A stretch of DNA of 12,833 nt, taken from NCBI GenBank assembly GCA_964035545.1, contig CAXIUT010000213.1:1-12833 (forward strand), given 5' to 3'. The number at the start of each line of letters is the position of its first letter. The stretch's first letter is position 1. The position numbers were made by a program, and so were the translations under genes. A model generated the notes under the pieces. The model was not told the DNA's origin. It worked only from the letters and a program-made list of their open reading frames with translations, and searched no databases. Below are positions 11,184-12,833 of this stretch, one piece after another. The stretch is from Bugula neritina. Its lineage: Eukaryota; Animalia; Bryozoa.

Positions 11184-11222
11184 CTATCAATAACTACTAT
11201 CAATAATTACTATAAATAATTA
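11184..11222 (+). repeat. 13-bp tandem repeat x3 abutting the kinase ATG
   Basis: CTATCAATAACTA / CTATCAATAATTA / CTATAAATAATTA, then ATG 11223. Confidence 0.8.
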
Positions 11223-12747
11223 ATGAGTTAAATTCAACTATATCTAACCTTCCAAGCCAACTAGTCTATTAGCAATCCTCTAAAAGACAATCCTAAAACT
11301 AGCATATCAGATTTCTTTTTTCGTTAATATAGATTTCAAAAACTTTTAGGCCGAGGTTCATTCGCTCGAGTCTACAAAGCAATCAATCAATAAACATAAA
11401 AATAAGTTGCTATCAAAATAATCGATATCAAATAAATCTACGATATGCAACAAAGTTAATAAATTAAAAACAAATTGATGGGCTACATTTCTGCTTAATA
11501 AAACAACATGAAGAAATGCAGTAGTGCTCACGTAATAAAACTATTCGATTCGTTTTAAAATGATAAATGTAAAGTATATATACTAGAATACTGCAATTCA
11601 GGTAGTTTAGACGAATACCTAAAGAAAAAAGGAAGATTAGAAGAAATAGATGCAGTTACTATTCTCAAAGAAATTATATTTGGACTAGCTGTACTTTTTA
11701 TTCTAAATAGGAAATGCACAGAAACGGCATTATTCATCGAGATATCAAACCAGCTAATATTCTAATTCATAATGGTATTTTCAAAATAGCTGATCTTGGA
11801 TTTTCAAAATAATTATAAAAATAATAACTATAAAATCATACTTGTTTAGGTACTGGGGTTGGGGTTGGGGTTGGGGTTGGGGTTGGGTTGGGGTTGGGGT
11901 TGGGGTTGGGGTTGGGGTTGGGTCTAGGCTGATATATGGTCAATAGGAGTCATATTTTGTTTAATGCTCAACTATGATAGTGATTATAATTATGTTCAAA
12001 ATTTAATAAGAGTTAAAAAGCTAGCAAATTAACAATAAAAATTCAAAAACAAAATGTTTTATTAAAAAAATATTAGTATCTAAGCATTATCTTTTCTATG
12101 TAAAACATTATAATTAGATCAAGAAGAAAGAATGGACTGGTAATCAACTTTGAATCATAGCTTATTTTTCAAAAATACTATTACATTAAGTGAACATTTC
12201 ATGCCTCATCTTAAATCATAATTCTAATAATAAACTATGAAATAACATTAAAAAAATAAACTCAAAAAGTAAATCCAAAAAATACAATAATCTTAATATT
12301 AAGATATCTATGAATAATAATATAAAAATTCTCCAGTAAAAAGTAAATAAAATTATAGTATAACTAATGCAACTATATGTAGATCATTAAGTGGATCTGA
12401 TCATTAGGATCCAGATAGTATCAATACATAAGAACTATCAAGATATTAATTATTAAATAGATATTATCTTTAATGTAGAAAGGCAGAATATTTGTTAAAT
12501 AATATAGTTGATCCTTTATAAATAAAATATATTCAAGAAATATAGAAACAATAAAGAGTATAACTTTTGTTTTTGATAGTAATAAGATGTAAAAATAATG
12601 TTAGTAAAGCTAGAAAAAGAGTAAAACATAACTTTTCATAAAATATATTAAAATAATTTAAAAAACAAACAAATTCTTTGAAAAATAGAATATAACTTAA
12701 AATATAATATTATTCATAATTATTAAAATAATTTTAAAATAAATTAA
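11223..12747 (+). CDS. Ser/Thr protein kinase (ULK/CAMK-like), interrupted by a telomeric tract and truncated by the terminal telomere
   Basis: [25 protein letters not shown], intron 11691-11710, [24 protein letters not shown] | G4T2 tract | [11 protein letters not shown]...[11 protein letters not shown]. The APE segment is absent and there is no in-frame TGA before the telomere at 12748. Confidence 0.88.
11691..11710 (+). other. 20-nt spliceosomal intron
   Basis: GTACTTTTTATTCTAAATAG; removal gives [15 protein letters not shown]. Confidence 0.9.
11855..11922. repeat. Internal telomeric tract 2 (GGGGTT)n, 68 nt, inside the kinase CDS
   Basis: 11 units (one G3T2 at 11885-11889) plus a terminal GGG, between GGT ACT and TCTAGGCTGATATATGG. 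Confidence 0.98.
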
Positions 12748-12833
12748 GGGGTTGGGGTTGGGGTTGGGGTTGGGGGTTGGGGTTGGGGTTGGGGTTGGGG
12801 TTGGGGTTGGGGTTGGGGTTGGGTGGGGTTGGG
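12748..12833. repeat. Right terminal telomere (GGGGTT)n
   Basis: 86-nt G4T2 array with a G5 and a G3T1 variant, ending TTGGG. Confidence 0.98.

Noticed and set aside
11555-11737. Supplied 60-aa minus-strand ORF
   Set aside because: Antisense to the conserved kinase core.
127-12747. Genes as pseudogenes, or UAR=Gln (table 6)
   Set aside because: Motifs are intact, and UAR occupies invariant Glu sites rather than Gln sites.
10681-12747. Tetrahymena Cbs (AAACCAACCYC) or a telomere-bearing transposon
   Set aside because: No Cbs match seen by eye. The tracts are in direct rather than inverted orientation, and there is no transposase ORF.

Overview
Ciliate macronuclear contig capped by C4A2/G4T2 telomeres at both ends. 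It uses a non-standard code: TGA is the only stop, and TAA/TAG fall on invariant Glu positions of three different enzymes. This matches UAR=Glu (translation table 30, known from peritrich ciliates), so the supplied standard-code ORF track is mostly uninformative. With this code I find nine tightly packed genes: an uncertain EF-hand-like protein, a choline/ethanolamine kinase, a tandem ubiquitin-like protein, a hypothetical protein, an HSD17B12/KAR-type SDR, a MORN protein, a NEK kinase, a degenerate GBP-like CaaX protein and a second Ser/Thr kinase. Four 20-22 nt introns are present. The most unusual structure is two internal G4T2 tracts in right-end orientation (10724-10803, 11855-11922). The second replaces the APE segment of the last kinase, whose sequence resumes colinearly and then runs without a stop into the terminal telomere. 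This points to nested alternative telomere-addition sites collapsed into one consensus, or to telomerase-patched rejoined breaks. A few apparent homopolymer frameshifts suggest some sequence error. All translations were done by hand and no database searches were run.
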